Below are positions 50,701-64,000 of a stretch of 64,000 bases of DNA, piece after piece. This DNA is from Saccostrea cucullata. Its lineage: Eukaryota. The position numbers and the translations under genes were made by a program. The stretch spans positions 248,001-312,000 of the forward strand of contig NW_026930475.1 of the NCBI RefSeq assembly GCF_032062105.1. The letters run 5' to 3'. The first letter of the stretch is position 1. Every line of letters begins with the position of its first letter. Below the pieces are notes generated by a model that made no database searches, was not told where the DNA came from, and saw only the letters and a list, made by a program, of their open reading frames with translations.

Positions 50701-53700
50701 ATCCTACTATTATTCCTCATCATTCTATTTTTTGTCACTCACATTTTTCAGATGGGCGTATGCCTCAAGTTTTCTAGTCAGGTCCTCCAGATATTCACAC
50801 TGGTCTACGTTCAGCTTCTCCCATCGACTGCTCTCACTACAGCGGTGCGTGGCCCTCCCCCTCCCCCTCTTACAGGGCTGATCACTGATGACCCCCGCCA
50901 CAGTCCTGGGCCATTTGTACACACCCTTCTTGGTTTTGGAGGTTTTGGAGTGACAAGTGGCTGCATTGTTAGAAATGACCAGGATGTTGATGCTGGTGGA
51001 GACGTTTCCCTGAGGGGTGGTGACCATACACTGCCACACCCCCGAGTCCCCTTCTGTCAGGTGCTGAAGCATTAGAGTGTGGATCATGATGGTCTGGTCC
51101 GGCGTCTTCTCTGTGATGACAAAGATCCCTACACTGCGGTTAGTGGACACCACCTCTCCACGGCGCATCCATACCATTCGAGTCTTCCTGTTGATGATGG
51201 AGGCCCGGCAGATCAAGGGGATTTTGTCCCCCTCAAACACCACCTGACTCTTGTTGGGGAGGATCTCAAACTCCGGTAGCTCTAAAGGACGATCTAAAAA
51301 TACAAATGTAACATAAACAGATTCTTGATACTCTACTTTTAATATATAATTATGTAAGAAATAATCATTTCAAAGATAAAACACAGTGTGGATTATCTTT
51401 TGAATTTTGGAAGGCAGGCTTGATAATTATGTCATATACAACCTAGTGACCCATTACATTGTACCAATGAAACTTTTCATTAAGTCATAGTGCTAATATA
51501 TAGCATTTTTTTTTTACATTTAAGAGATAAATCTATCCTTTTTAGCATGTGCACTGTTTATTATAAAACATTATGAAAATATCAGAGTTACACTTCACTT
51601 GACTCTGAACTACTTTGCAAAACTACTCTGGACAGTTTAATTTATATCTTTTGAATTTTGGAAGGCAGGCTTGATAATTATAAGTCATATATGTTTGTGA
51701 GCTCATTACATTGTACATTGAAACTGTAAGATAAAGTCAATAGTATATAAAATGAAATCTAAATACTATGAAAGTACATGGTTGTTGGTTTAACACAATG
51801 AAGTAAATTGAATGTGTAAATTGCATCACAGTACAGCAAAAAAGTAAATCTTTAATGCGAATTAAAATTTTATATTATAATATTTATATTTGTAATGTTT
51901 TCATTTATATAACACTACTGAAAGCAATGCGTATTTATAACTGTATAAAATAATCATAATGATTGTATACAATTTAGTGATTAACATAATTTTTTCTGTA
52001 TTTTTCTCAAAAATAGCACGATCATAAAATCTAACTGCGTATAGTGGATTACATACATGCTGCTGGGTTTGAAAAATAATGTATTTTACACCTTAAAAGT
52101 CACAATCAGGAAAAATATATAGCATTTTCACAAAGGTAAATATAATAAGGTATCATTTTAGGTATATAATGTGTGATATAAATACGGGTTGGTCACGAGA
52201 TTAAATTCCATAAATCCTTATGATGAACTTGATCTCAAATATATAGTTACTATTTCTAATGTCAATATCATTATTTTTAGGGGGTTGAATAACAACGAAA
52301 CAATGACTGATCCTGATTTGAAGTCAAAACAATGTTATAGCATTAAAATTTTTTTTATTTTCATGCAAAATGCATGAAAAAAAATGTAGTAGCAAAACTA
52401 AATAGCTGAAATCTCTCTCTATGCCCTGTTCACACGTAATTAACTTGATTAAATTAATGCGAAGTAATGTAATGATAATTAAATTACATCAAACGACATG
52501 GCAAAAAAGAGCTATAAATTAATAACAATTAAAATTTAATAACGTCAACTATGTGTTATTCAGTGAGCAATATTATAAAGTCATTTGTAATTACTGCCTT
52601 TGTGTGCGGAAAGACAATTTGAAATAATAATCATAGTGATTGTAATCAATTTAGTAATTAACAAAATTTCAATTTATCCCAAAAATCAAAAATCTTTAAA
52701 GAATTATTCACTGTATAGGTGGCCAATGACTTACTGGGTGATTTGGGCTTTACACATGCATCAAAATTTAATTTGAATTAGCTTTAATTAGCATTCACAT
52801 GGAGCTAATGTGAAGTAATTTAATGCGCAATAAATTAATTCAAATAAAACTAATTCGCATTAAATTCTCCATATGAACGCAGTTCAAATTTAATTCGCAT
52901 TAACTTAACGTTTAATTCAAATTAAACTCTCCATGTGAACAGGGCATTAAATTTATCATATATTTGATGCAGCTACAAACAAGTGACACATATATTCCTT
53001 AGAATACTCTAGTTCCTCTACTCACCACAGTGAAGGTCCTTTTTCTTCAGGCTTCTGAGGGAGACTCCTTTCAGGTCCTTAGGCACACCACAGGTGGTAG
53101 ATTGTTGTATTTTGACGTTTTTGTCACGGGACCATTTGACAATCCACTGAAGATGACAATCACATCTCAGGTAGTCCGACTGGAAATCACTGGTAATAAT
53201 AATGTCACATTTAACAAGGAAATAGCAATCAGGTTTGTAGAAAAGGGTTCAAAAAATTAAAATTTAAAACAAGAAGCCCTTGAGCCACAACATTCACCTT
53301 AGTCATTATGCCTGTTATGTATCATCAGATATTTTTTTATATACATCTGTATTCCTATGTGAAATTTGGACACACCATATATGTAGATGCATCAATTGAA
53401 CAAGTATGATAACCTAGTCCAGACAGTATGCAACATATGTTCTAGACATGATTTGATCCTCGTGAAGTAACTCAATTCAGTAATCACACATCTTTCCCCA
53501 AAATGCATTAACTGTCAATATCTGATGGTCATAAGCTTCAAAATGTTACAGATATCATCAAATGAAGACACAATCTGACAAGATATAAACTTAAAATAAC
53601 AAAATGAGGCCCTAGAAACCTATTTTTGTGCCACAACACAATCCCTCCCTCACCCAGTAGTCATCAAATAAAGCAATGCTATATAGCAGTATAATCAAAC

Positions 53701-56700
53701 TGAATTTTTCCTCTGCATTCAAGTGCACCTGCTGTACTACTGTAAAGAAAGTTTATGAGAGACAGAGTAGAATTCTTTCTCAACAAGATAAAATGGTCTT
53801 TAATCTTTGATTCTACTTACATTTTCTTGAGAGCATGTAGATTGTTAAATGTTCCATCTGGAATAGTGTTAATCCGATTATTGGAGAAATTCCTGCAAAA
53901 ATAAGAATTTCCCAAGAATATAAAAGGGAAATATCACATTTAATATGAGACCTGACAATATATTAAAAAAAAAAAATACACACAAAAACAATGAACAGCT
54001 TTGTCATTCTATTTACAGGACTTTGTCAGGAATGGTCACTCTTTAAAGATCTGAAGGTTATCTCCCCTGAAAACATCAATATCTTATCACATGTAGTGTG
54101 CTCGCGAAAATTTATCTTAATAGTATTCTAAGATTACATAGAGCTTGTGTGCAGCTCTCAGCTTTGTGTGCAAGCTTTATAACACATGTGACTCTTCATA
54201 GTCCAGAGGACCATGGTATAACTTCTAGTGATTGAGAGTTCCATGCTTTAAGAAAGCAAAATTTTACTAGGGTTACTTGATTGGATATTAAAATATTTAA
54301 ATCAATAGTACATGTATTTTTTTTTCATTTACAAACAGTGCTTACGGTTACTTATACACACATACTTTAACAATGATATTCTTTTGCATATTCGTGATAT
54401 GGCTATTAGAATTAAAACGAAAATAAATAAAATATGGACTATAAATCAACCCGCCTGTAAGGAGATATTGGAACATTGCCCATAAGCCATACAAGAATTA
54501 AACTTCTTTAACCCCCCACCACACTTTTTTTTGTCCCAGCTGCTTTTGCGAAACCAAGGGGACATTAAATTTCATTTGTCTGTCAAAAAAGCTTTAACCT
54601 TGGCCATAACTTTTTAATGAGATTAATAGGGTTATCATACTTCACAAGTATTTCACCTGTGACAAAACCTTTTCAAATACACTATGATTTTTTTTATCCT
54701 GTGACCTTGACCTTGAAGTATGACCTACTTTTCTGTGACCTATTCAAACATACTATGACTTCTGACCCTGTATCCTTGACCAAGAGGTTTAATTTACTTT
54801 AAAAATATGTTATCTTTCCTAAAAAAAATTTTGATTGGGAAAAGATAGGGTTTTCATATTTGACATGTTCAATTAAGTGTGACAAGATGTTTCCAAGATA
54901 ATTATGATTTTTGATCCTTGACATGACCTTATGTTTAAAATGAAAAAAAATTAAACTTTGGAAATTACTTTTGAATGACATATGATTGGGCATTTATATT
55001 TGACACAATAAGCTATAAAATATTGGCATCCCATACACTAAGACACTAAAAGCAGCAGGGGACCATAATGCTTTGCTTGTTAACAATTATAGTTATAAAA
55101 TAATTTGAAAGCAGTATAGATTTTTTCAACCAAAGTCAAAAATTCTAAAACTATTTTGAAATAATATGTTAAAGGGTCAGTCAGTGTAGCTCAACAAAAA
55201 CAGATTTCTGACAACCAGATCAAACTCCTTTACAAGCAGGCATCTGGTAAAACTTTCCACAGTGTACAATAAGTTTGTCAGTGACTGTGCACAATGAGGC
55301 TGTTATTGAATGTGTACATCTGTTTTGCTTCACCTGGCACACAGCCTCTCATTATCTTATATCCTTTTAATCATTTTCATCTCTTTTTGGAGGATCAAAG
55401 ATTTTCCTAGGTGTGTAACATAAAAGACTTTCCACAATTATCAGTGATACACTGGGTGATGGTTATTGATTGTGTCTTGTGATGAGGACTTATTAACAAA
55501 CAACATATTTCACAATGAAACAAAAACAGTTTTTAAGACTCAAAGAATTCTGCTTTGTTCATTACCTGCTGAGGCATGAACCAAATCTAATCACAAAAGA
55601 CAGAGGTATTTAGCTTATTTTTATCAAGATGGACTGTTCTTTTTTTTTACTGATTGATTGATTGTTGTTTTACATCCATGAAGAAACATCACCAATTTTC
55701 AGTGAATTGCCACAGATTTAACCTATGGATGGTGTTTTGGTCTGAAAGCAGTAAAGGTTCTATCACTTGAATGCCTGCCATGACACAGGACAATTCCGTT
55801 ATGTCTCAGATCACTACCAATTATATAATAGTGTTGCATTATGCATGTACTATGCCTAAATAGTAGGCAGGGTTTGACACATGGTGCACGAGCCGGAGGC
55901 GAGTGCACTATGTGTCAAACCCTGCCTACTATTTAGGCATAGTACATGCATAATGCAACACTATTGTTATTATTATGCTGACTGTTGTTATTATTTATGC
56001 GGCAATCCATTTGATTTTTTCCTGAAAATAATGGTGGTAACACAGCGCACTTGCAAAAACTCATTCAAAATCTCCATGTTAAAAAGTTGCATGCTTAGTT
56101 ATTTTGGTTACTAGTATTTTCTCTAAACAACCATCTTTATTTTCTGTTTTGTTAGTAAGACTGATTTGTTTACAGACGTGGATTCATATTGATAATTTTC
56201 TTTTACATCCTTCAATCAAGCGCTATATAAAAAGCGTTTTAATGACCCCATGATATCAATTCATCAAACGATCTGTATGTAATTAGTTTGAAACTTTGTT
56301 GTACACATTTATCTAAGATTCCTTAGAATAAATATAACTGTTTTCAAATAATATTTGTCTATTTTCTCCTTCTTGTGTCAATTGTATAAATTAAGTTTAT
56401 ATATTTAATAAAATTCTTCCAATCAGTGATCGTCTCTGTGGCGTAATCGATAAGGCATCGGACTGGCAACCTCGTGGTTGTGAGTTCGATTCCCGGTGTG
56501 TGCATTGAAGAATTTTATTCAGAAAACAAGGCCGTGCACTATTTCGGCATAGTATGCTTATGCTATATAAATCCTTAGACCACTATGCGAGAATAGTAGG
56601 GTATGGGTTATATAGAGACAAACTGACAGGAAGCATAATAATATCAAATGTCTCTACTGGACCTGCTGGTTACACAGCCAGCATCCAACCACTAGGCTAC

Positions 56701-58027
56701 CAGGGCCATCAAACTTAGAGGAGCTCAGGCATTTTGATCTCTGTCTTGTAAAGTACAAAAGGCATATATAATAGAAAACTGAGACTGAGATCAAAAGTGA
56801 GCTCACCTTAGGTTTATGGCCCTGGAGTCTGGACTGGAGTATGAGACAGTTTACATCATTGTTTTCCAAAGATAAATGAACATCTAACAGCATAGCCAAA
56901 GCTATCTATCGCAGAATGGCCATGACAGAATGATAACACTATGGTATATTGTGGTTTCATCAATACATGTTGAGCACCAATTTTCGAGGATTTCGTTGTT
57001 GAGGCAGAGCAGATCCACAAAATTCAATGTTCATTGAATTATTCATTTGTATAGGCAATGCTTTTGTCCATGAAATTATGTATCCTTGAAAATGCCTGTT
57101 TTACAAAATTCACAAAAATTGATGCCAACGAAGATTGATGAAACCACAGTATGCCCTGGCAATTTCAAGGTGGAGGCATAATGATAAAACTTCATTTAAT
57201 TTGGCAATAATTACTGGTGAGCTATAATATACAAATCAATGTGGTTTTGCTTTAATCATATTTATGCAAAAGAAACTTACAGTTTTTCTAGGTTGATCAG
57301 ACCTTCAAACATGGCACTAGAGATGCTTCCAATCTTATTGTGTGAAAGATCCCTAAAATTGATAAATCAAATCCATAGCATTCAATGTACTTGTGATTAG
57401 ACAACATGGATAAAAAATATGTGAATTTTGTGAAATATTGCTGCCAGTTGCTGGGCAGCAGTTCTCAGACCATATTTCTCTTGCTCTCTGGATGACGACC
57501 ATCTCTCAGCATCTTGATCAAATCCAGCTTAGAAAACAAGAGGCCTATGGGCCAAAATGCCCACCTGCGTACATTTAGTTCTGCTGGTTTTCAAAAATTT
57601 TCATCTTTCATATTTTGATGAAAAAAATTGATGCCCTGCCCCAATATTACAGCTAAAAATTAAGTCTGTATCCAATCATTCCAATGAATAAGTGAGATGG
57701 TTTAACATCAATATCACTAACATAGCCTTACAGTTATGGAGAAGAATTTTTCCAGCATGAATGTATAATTAAGTTTAATTTAGAGTTTAATTTGAATACA
57801 AAGTAATTCACATTATCTTACTTTATATTAGCTGTCATTAGAGTGCAATTCAATTCCCTTTATTTTACTTTGATCTTATTCATTCACTGAAAATTCAACT
57901 TTCCATGTGAAAAGGGTATAAGTAGTTTTAACTTTTAGACCTTGTATATACTTACAATTTTACAAGTTCTTTCAAGCCCAGGAAAGCACCCTTTTTTATC
58001 ATTGTTATTTTGTTGTGGCTGAGGTCC
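38713..58027 (-). CDS. ADGRA3: Adhesion G protein-coupled receptor A group (GPR125/GPR124-like): LRR-LRRCT-Ig-HRM-GAIN/GPS-7TM-long tail; 5' exons not found in the window
   Basis: Minus-strand exons 57956-58027, 57281-57352 and 53821-53892 (72-nt LRR exons), 53026-53189 ([15 protein letters not shown]), 50743-51293 ([15 protein letters not shown]; [12 protein letters not shown]), 50100-50249, 49847-49938, 49549-49726, 46390-46597, 43921-44022, 42615-42718 (GPS), 42265-42392, 41826-42011, 41421-41600 ([13 protein letters not shown]) and 38713-40981 ([16 protein letters not shown] ... KKETSV* PDZ ligand). ADGRA2 versus ADGRA3 cannot be resolved. Confidence 0.9.
41113..41287. mobile_element. pogo/Tigger-type MITE
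   Basis: ta-cagtcaaacttcgttacctcgaac ... gtttgagataccaaagttcaactg-ta. Confidence 0.7.
45546..46046. mobile_element. pogo/Tigger-type MITE, apparently nested in an older MITE (~45440-46145)
   Basis: ta-cagcaaaactcggttataacgaa ... ttcgtactaaacgagttttactg-ta. Confidence 0.7.
52422..52946. mobile_element. PIF/Harbinger-type MITE, same family as 6344-6880, inverted
   Basis: TIRs tgccctgttcacac / atgtgaacagggca; its right end reverse-complements the left end of the 6344 copy (gagagtttaatttgaattaaa). Confidence 0.8.
54530..55085. mobile_element. Decayed Helentron/HINE-type element
   Basis: ttttgtccc...ggggacatta terminal hairpin and tgtgaccttgaccttga-containing repeats. Confidence 0.5.
55827..56642. 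mobile_element. Non-autonomous element with a 139-bp near-perfect terminal palindrome (Crypton-like architecture)
   Basis: 63-bp arms (one mismatch) at 55827-55889 and 55903-55965 around gagccggaggcga, then an inverted pair tattattatgct (~55968) / agcataataata (~56631). Confidence 0.55.
56432..56504 (+). pseudogene. tRNA-derived sequence (pseudo-tRNA or SINE-head-like)
   Basis: GTCTCTGTGGCGTAATCG start resembling tRNA-Asn/Arg 5' ends, A-box-like TGGCGTAATCG and B box GTTCGATTCC at tRNA spacing, but acceptor, anticodon and T stems do not pair. Confidence 0.6.
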
Positions 58028-59356
58028 CTGAAATAAAAATGCTATAATTTACAAAAAGCTGCTGCATCATCAAAATAAATTGTAAATGTTCAAAAAAAAT
58101 ATCTCTGAATCCACAAAGTAATGTAAATTTACCCAAAATATTTCTTTAAAATTAAACATTTAAGTTTATAATCATATTATATAGGGAAAATTGTCAAATC
58201 TCAAATATATATTCAGAAAACGTTAATAGGAATACAACATGTATCAGCTACCGGTATGTGTTTTCTAATTGACAATTGATCAACAAATATATTTTAGGCT
58301 AAAAAAAAAAAAACAACAGGTATCCAGGCATTCAGAGAAATTGTCACAAATTTTATACTTATATAGTATTCTATTCTTCTATTTCCTTCATGAATTATAT
58401 AATACAGAGTGCTAAAATAAAATGCTTTTGCTATCATTGCAAGATATCACAAATCACCTCTAATTTCATATTATGCTAATAAGCATTAGTATCTAAGGCT
58501 TGATTGAACAAAATCTATTTTTTCTAAAAATGTATTTATTTTTTTTCCATTTATAAGGTACAAATGTCAACTTTTTATAAGACCTTTTCTAAGACTTCAA
58601 AAAACCATGAATCATATAAAGATGAATAACATGAAAATTGTTGCATGAAAAATTTTCATTTTCAAGCTTCATATCAATGCTTTTTAAATTAAATATCTAT
58701 TTTTTTTTTTTTAGATATCCTTCCTGGCTAAGGATTGGATATCCTTAAACAGGGTAAATAGCAAGAGGCCTATGGGACACAAAGCTAACCCAAGTTACAA
58801 AGAAATATCCTTCACAAATATATTAGAGGTAATTATATTTTAGAGCCTAAGTCCATGCCAGTTCTTGTCAGATAATTCAGGTGCATGTTACATGATTAGA
58901 ACTCATACATGTTGTTTGTAAGACACATGTGTGCTTATTCATATTTGCACTAATCAGTTGAAAAAGTAAGATTGCACAGATTTTAAATGCACTTATTCAC
59001 ATGCATTTATAGATAAAACATAGATAATGAAACCCTTTATTGCATTTTAGTCATCAACTTTGAGTCCATGTTTAAATTTTAATTTTTAAAAGGGGGATAA
59101 CTTTTAGAAAATGTACCTTTGTATCTGATCATCCCCAAGTGTGTTGTTTCTAAAGGGAAATAACTTTTATCAAATGTACTTTGTTTCTTATGCCCAATGT
59201 TTCAATTTTTCTTTAAAAGGGGGATAACTAGTACTGAATAAGTTGTATGTCTCTGTCAGTTAAGTTTGTTGAAAATATATATTTTTGATAAAAATTGATT
59301 TTTCAACATTTCCCATACATTTGATTGGAATGGTGCTACTTGAATACACTTTATTT

Positions 59357-59527
59357 AAACAATAAAATAGTTTCTTTGGTTGTTAGTATGGAAATTAATG
59401 TCACAGCTGTTGCAGAAAAAAAATGCATAACCCGAGTTAGAGAGTTAGCGAGTTTAGTCTATTTTTTCTGCAATAGCTGGGACATTAATACACACACTAA
59501 CACCCAAAGAAAGACACTTTATTGTTA
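59357..59527. repeat. Decayed long palindrome
   Basis: aacaataaa...ctttggttgttag...attaatgtcacagctgttgcagaaaaaa / ttttttctgcaatagctgggacattaat...ctaacacccaaag...tttattgtt. Confidence 0.7.
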
Positions 59528-60565
59528 TATTTACATCTGTATAAATAAACATTTAAAGTAGGTTCAAAGAGATTAATTATTGTATTAATAATATGTACGC
59601 CATGGTACGTTTCATTGATGGAACAGCCACTGATCAAGAAATCTGTACACTATGTGATGTGCCTAGTGTTGTTTAAGAACTGATAAATGGCAAATGAATG
59701 GTTTTCTCAAATAAAGGAGAAAAAACTATGAAGTGGACATATATGAATATATATGCAAAAGACATTCTGACAAAGCACTTAATTTTGCAGAAGCTGCTTT
59801 CTGCAAAAGGCATGAAATTGAATACATATAGCCATATTTTGTATTTTACATTATGTACATTTAATTTCTGTAGTTAAATTATTCAGTTGTTTATAGGCAA
59901 AAAAATTCTGCCTATATTTAGGTGCATTAATAATGCCTATCCATAGTCATAAACAAAAACCCAAACAACAAAAAAAAAAAACCAAAGAAAAAAAAATCAA
60001 ATTTGGATAAACATATGAATCAAAAGGATAGGGAAATAAGGGGCCCAAAAAACTTTTCCTCAACTACTTGAAATACTTATGTATTAAGGCCAGATCCCAT
60101 TACATTATCAATCAAATAGTACTTAGTCAGGCTTGATTGATTCCGGAGAACAAACAAAGACAGACTGTCGAGTATAGCCTTCTGTGGGTGGGCTATGTCA
60201 ATCATACAATCATTACACTACCACAAGCAGAATTCACCATCAATCTTATTTCACCTAGCCCATTGGAGCTAAAGGTGCATTACATTCAACAAATATTCCT
60301 CCTTTGTAATGTGATGTTATCAATGATTTCTGATAAGCCTCTGGTGAGCTGACCCTGAAACTCATAACAATCAAGTTTTCAGTGAGCATTTACTGTTTGT
60401 TTAATTTACAACCCTCACGCAACCCACAACTTTATTTTTTTTTTAAATATTATTACCCTTTTTTATAAATACCATTGAATAATTTTCAAATTATGCTAAA
60501 TCATTATATGAAGATTTTTAAAATCATTTATTAAATTTGCTTTTTTGCTTAATCATCTCATATAA

Positions 60566-60991
60566 GGCCATAATAAAAATATTCCTAGATTCTCATCCCC
60601 GCCCGCCCTGATTTTATACCCCCGCCTCGATTTTTTTTTATTTCTGTTTTTATTAGTTTTAAATCGGGATCGGTATTCATCTACCATTTTACTTTTTTAA
60701 AAATGTTGACATGATTTTGACAGCTGAAAAGATGTTAATTGCTGTAATACATGCGTACATATTTTAAACAAGGGTCATTGGTTGAAAAATATTGGAGACG
60801 ATGTGAAGTAAGAGATAACTGAACCTTTACTATGACTTTTATTTGGGTATTGTAGATAATTACACCGATTGACCAGGTCAATAAAAAATCTACAAAATTG
60901 AAAAAATAAAAAATATAAAATAAAAGCCGCCCGCCCGCCTCGATTTTTAAAAAAATTCGGATGAGATTCTAGCAATTTATCTATTATGGCC
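60566..60991. mobile_element. MITE with GG..CC ends and a TAA TSD (Harbinger/Zator-type)
   Basis: taa-ggccataataaaaatattcctagattctcatcc ... ggatgagattctagcaatttatctattatggcc-taa. Confidence 0.75.
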
Positions 60992-61080
60992 TAACTGTCA
61001 TTTTTTTAAATTTTTAAGAAGTGCACTTACTAAAGGTGTTGATAAACTTAAAAAAAATTACATGGATCATGGTATGTATA

Positions 61081-62440
61081 AGCATTAGATAAAGCCATCA
61101 CACAAGGGGACAAACATTCAGCATTAGATATAGCCATCACACAAGGGGACCAAACATTCAGCATTAGATATAGCCATCACACAAGGGGACAAACATTCAG
61201 CATTAGATATAGCCATCACACAAGGGGGCCAAACATTCAGCATTAGATAAAGCCATCACACAAGGGGACAGACATTCAGCATTAGATATAGCCATCACAC
61301 AAGGGGACAAACATTCAGCATTAGATATAGCCATCACACAAGGGGGACAAACATTCAGTATTACCGGTAGATATAGCTATCACACAAGGGGAGGCCAACA
61401 TTCAGTATTTAATTAGATATAGCCATCACACAAGGGGGGCAACATTCAGCATTAGATATAGCCATCACACAAGGGGAGGCCAACATTCAGTATTAGATAT
61501 AGCCATCACACAAGGGGGCCAAACATTCAGCATTAGATATATAGCCATCACACAAGGGGGGGGGGGGGGGGATTCAGCATTAGATATAGCCATCACACAA
61601 GGGGGGCGGGGGGCAACATTCAGCATTAGATATAGCCATCACACAAGGGGGCCAAACATTCAGCATTAGATATAGCCATCACAAAAGGGGGCCAAACATT
61701 CAGCATTAGATATAGACAACACACAAGGAGGCCAAACATGCAGCATTATATATAGCCATCACACAACGCTGCCAAACATTCAGCATTAGATATAGCCATC
61801 AAACAAGGGGGGGGGGCACTAACATTCAGTATTAGATATAGCCATCACACAAGGGGGCCCAACACTCAGCATTAGATATAGCCATCACACAAGGGACTCA
61901 ACATTCAGCATAAGATATAGCCATCACATAAGGGACTCAACACTCAGCATTAGATATAGCCATCACATAAGGGACTCAACATTCAGCATTAGATATAGCC
62001 ATCACCCAAGGGGGGGCCAACATTCAGCATTAGATATAGCCATCACACAAGAGACTCAAAACTCAGCATTAGATATAGCCATCACACAAGGGGGCAAAAT
62101 ACTCAACATTATATTTAACCATCACACAAGGGGGCAAATATTCAGCATTAAATATAGCCATCACACAAGGGGGGGGGGGGGGGGGGGGGCGGCGGCTAAC
62201 ATTCAGCATTAGATATAGCCATCACACAATGAACTCAAAACTCAGCATTAGATATAGCCATCACACAAGGGGGGGGGGGGGAAGGCAACATTCAGCATTA
62301 GATAAAGCCATCACACAAGGGGGGCAAACATTCAGCATTAGATATAGCCATCACACAAGGGACTCAACACTCAGCATTAGATATAGCCATCACACAAGGG
62401 GGCCAAACATTCAGCATTAGATATAGCCATAACACAAGAG
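61081..62440. repeat. ~40-bp minisatellite, roughly 30-35 copies, with variable G-runs
   Basis: Unit aacattcagcattagatatagccatcacacaag(g)n. Confidence 0.95.
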
Positions 62441-64000
62441 GCCCAGAGGCCACATCGCTCACCTGAGCAAATCGGCTAGGAAAAAGCACAAATCAGATCA
62501 GAACTGAAAAAGTTCACTGAAGGGGGGGGGGGGGGGCTTGAATTTTAATACTACCTGAGAATGGCTTCATATTAAAAGAGCATATGACTTTGCTGTTCTT
62601 CATAAAAAGATTTTTTTAAAAATTTTCTTCTAATATATAACTTCATAATAATTTGAATTTGATTCCCCATTGTTTCCCTCCCTTCCACAAAGGGCCATGA
62701 TTTGAATAAATTTAAATCTTCAATACATGAGGATGCTTAAATGTCAACATAGCCTTTCTGTTCATGGGATTTTTTCCTTTATTTTTCTATGTAAAACTTT
62801 GATCCACCATTGTGGCCTCACCCTACCCTTGAGGGTTATGATTTGAACAAATTTAATTCTACACTTCCTGAAAATGCTTCCATATAGATACTAGTATTAC
62901 TAATCATGGCTTTGCTATTCTTGGGAAGATTCTTTTAAATATATATTTTAATGTAAAACTTGGATCCCCCATTTTGGGCCACCCTATCCCTGGGGGTTAT
63001 GATTTGAACAAACTAGAATCTATATGATTCCACATAAATATCACACATGGCTTTGAAGTACTTGAGAAGATGATTTAAAAGATTTCCCTATCTAGTCCAA
63101 TGTAGAACTTTGATCAACCATTTTGCCCCCCCCCCAAAACCCCCGGAGGTCATGATTTGAACAAACTTAAATCTACACTACCTGAGGATGCTTCCACATG
63201 AGTTTCATCTTTCCTGGCCCAGTGGTTCTTGACAAGAAGATTTTTAAAGATTTTCCCTATATACGCCTATGTAAAACTTTGATCGGCCATTGTGGCCCCA
63301 CCCTACCCCCGGGGCAGGGGTTCAAAATTCCTCAAGCCCGACGTCCCAGACTAACAAATTCCGGATCCGGACTCGGCATTTAGAATTCGCCAAAGTCCTG
63401 GGACTTGGCTATGTTTCTTGTTTATCTTTTTTTTTTAAGTTAAAAAAAAATGATCGTAAAGGTAAAAATATATCAAATTCTCAAATGTATTAAGTAAAAA
63501 TGTGGGTTTTGGGGATAAAATACCCATCAAAAATCACGTCTTTTAATTTTCCGTTGCGGTTAGACTCTTGCTTTTACGCAATTCCTCATGTTTCTTCCTA
63601 TATGACAAACGGCAATGAGTTTGTTAAATATTTCGGTTTTACCAGCAGTAATGCTAAAAAAGGAACGACAAATAAAAGACCCCGTGAGGAACAGGAAGCA
63701 GGGGATCAAAATAATTGTAATGTACCAATCACACACTCATGTATGACTATATGACAGTTTATGGAGGAAAAATAAAACATATATTAATACATATAGTCTT
63801 TATTCATTCAATGCAACAAATGAAAATAAATTATAAGTAACATAAATTTAATGATGTATACAGTGTAGGTAAATATGGACTCTGAAATTTCTTCCTCGGA
63901 CTTGCCTAAAATTTACTCTTTAAGTCCTGGACTTGACCATGACAAAAAAAATTTGAACCCCTGCCGGGGGTCATGATTTGAACAAACTTGAATCTAAACT
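62434..64000 (+). mobile_element. Helentron/HINE element with a Cg170-like ~165-bp satellite array (runs off the window end)
   Basis: Starts acaagaggcccagaggccacatcgctcacctga (similar ends at ~53267, ~57535, ~58761); repeats of catgatttgaacaaacttgaatctacactacctgaggatgcttccaca...cattgtggccccaccctacccc, which I recognise as oyster Cg170-like. Confidence 0.75.
63315..63963. mobile_element. Non-autonomous hAT-like element with a 6-bp TSD, inserted in a satellite unit
   Basis: TIRs caggggttcaaa / tttgaacccctg, flanked by CCGGGG on both sides; removal restores ctacccccgggggtcatgatttg. Confidence 0.8.

Noticed and set aside
56432-56504. Functional tRNA gene with a GGC anticodon
   Set aside because: Acceptor, anticodon and T stems do not base-pair; reported only as tRNA-derived.
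61081-62440. CRISPR-like appearance of the 40-bp array
   Set aside because: Eukaryotic intron, no unique spacers (only G-run variation) and no cas genes; it is a minisatellite.

Overview
AT-rich, intron-rich animal genomic DNA, very probably a bivalve (Crassostrea/Magallana oyster, inferred from Cg170-like satellite-bearing Helentron-type elements). Three spliced protein genes: (1) the 3' half of myosin VIIa (+, 800-12858; MyTH4-FERM-SH3-MyTH4-FERM tail); (2) a complete mitochondrial carrier of the SLC25A30/SLC25A14 (KMCP1/BMCP1) group (+, CDS 24405-35152); (3) most of an adhesion GPCR of the ADGRA2/3 (GPR124/125) group (-, 38713-58027, 5' end not found in the window). Between the first two lies a decayed 5.7-kb Sola1-like transposon carrying a nested MULE/Foldback element, which itself carries a MITE. 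Many MITEs, Helentron-type remnants and long palindromic elements fill the introns. The most interesting observations are: a ~585-nt nested, G-U-containing RNA fold with competing alternative helices in intron 8 of the mitochondrial carrier (candidate undescribed regulatory RNA or switch); myosin exons whose own splice sites are tandemly amplified; two U12-type minor introns; a GC-AG intron; a canonical H-L-S GPS site in the ADGRA receptor; and three unrelated long palindromes sharing a CGAG-x-CGAG core, one in an element carrying a tRNA-like Pol III unit. All structures and coordinates were read by eye and not computed.
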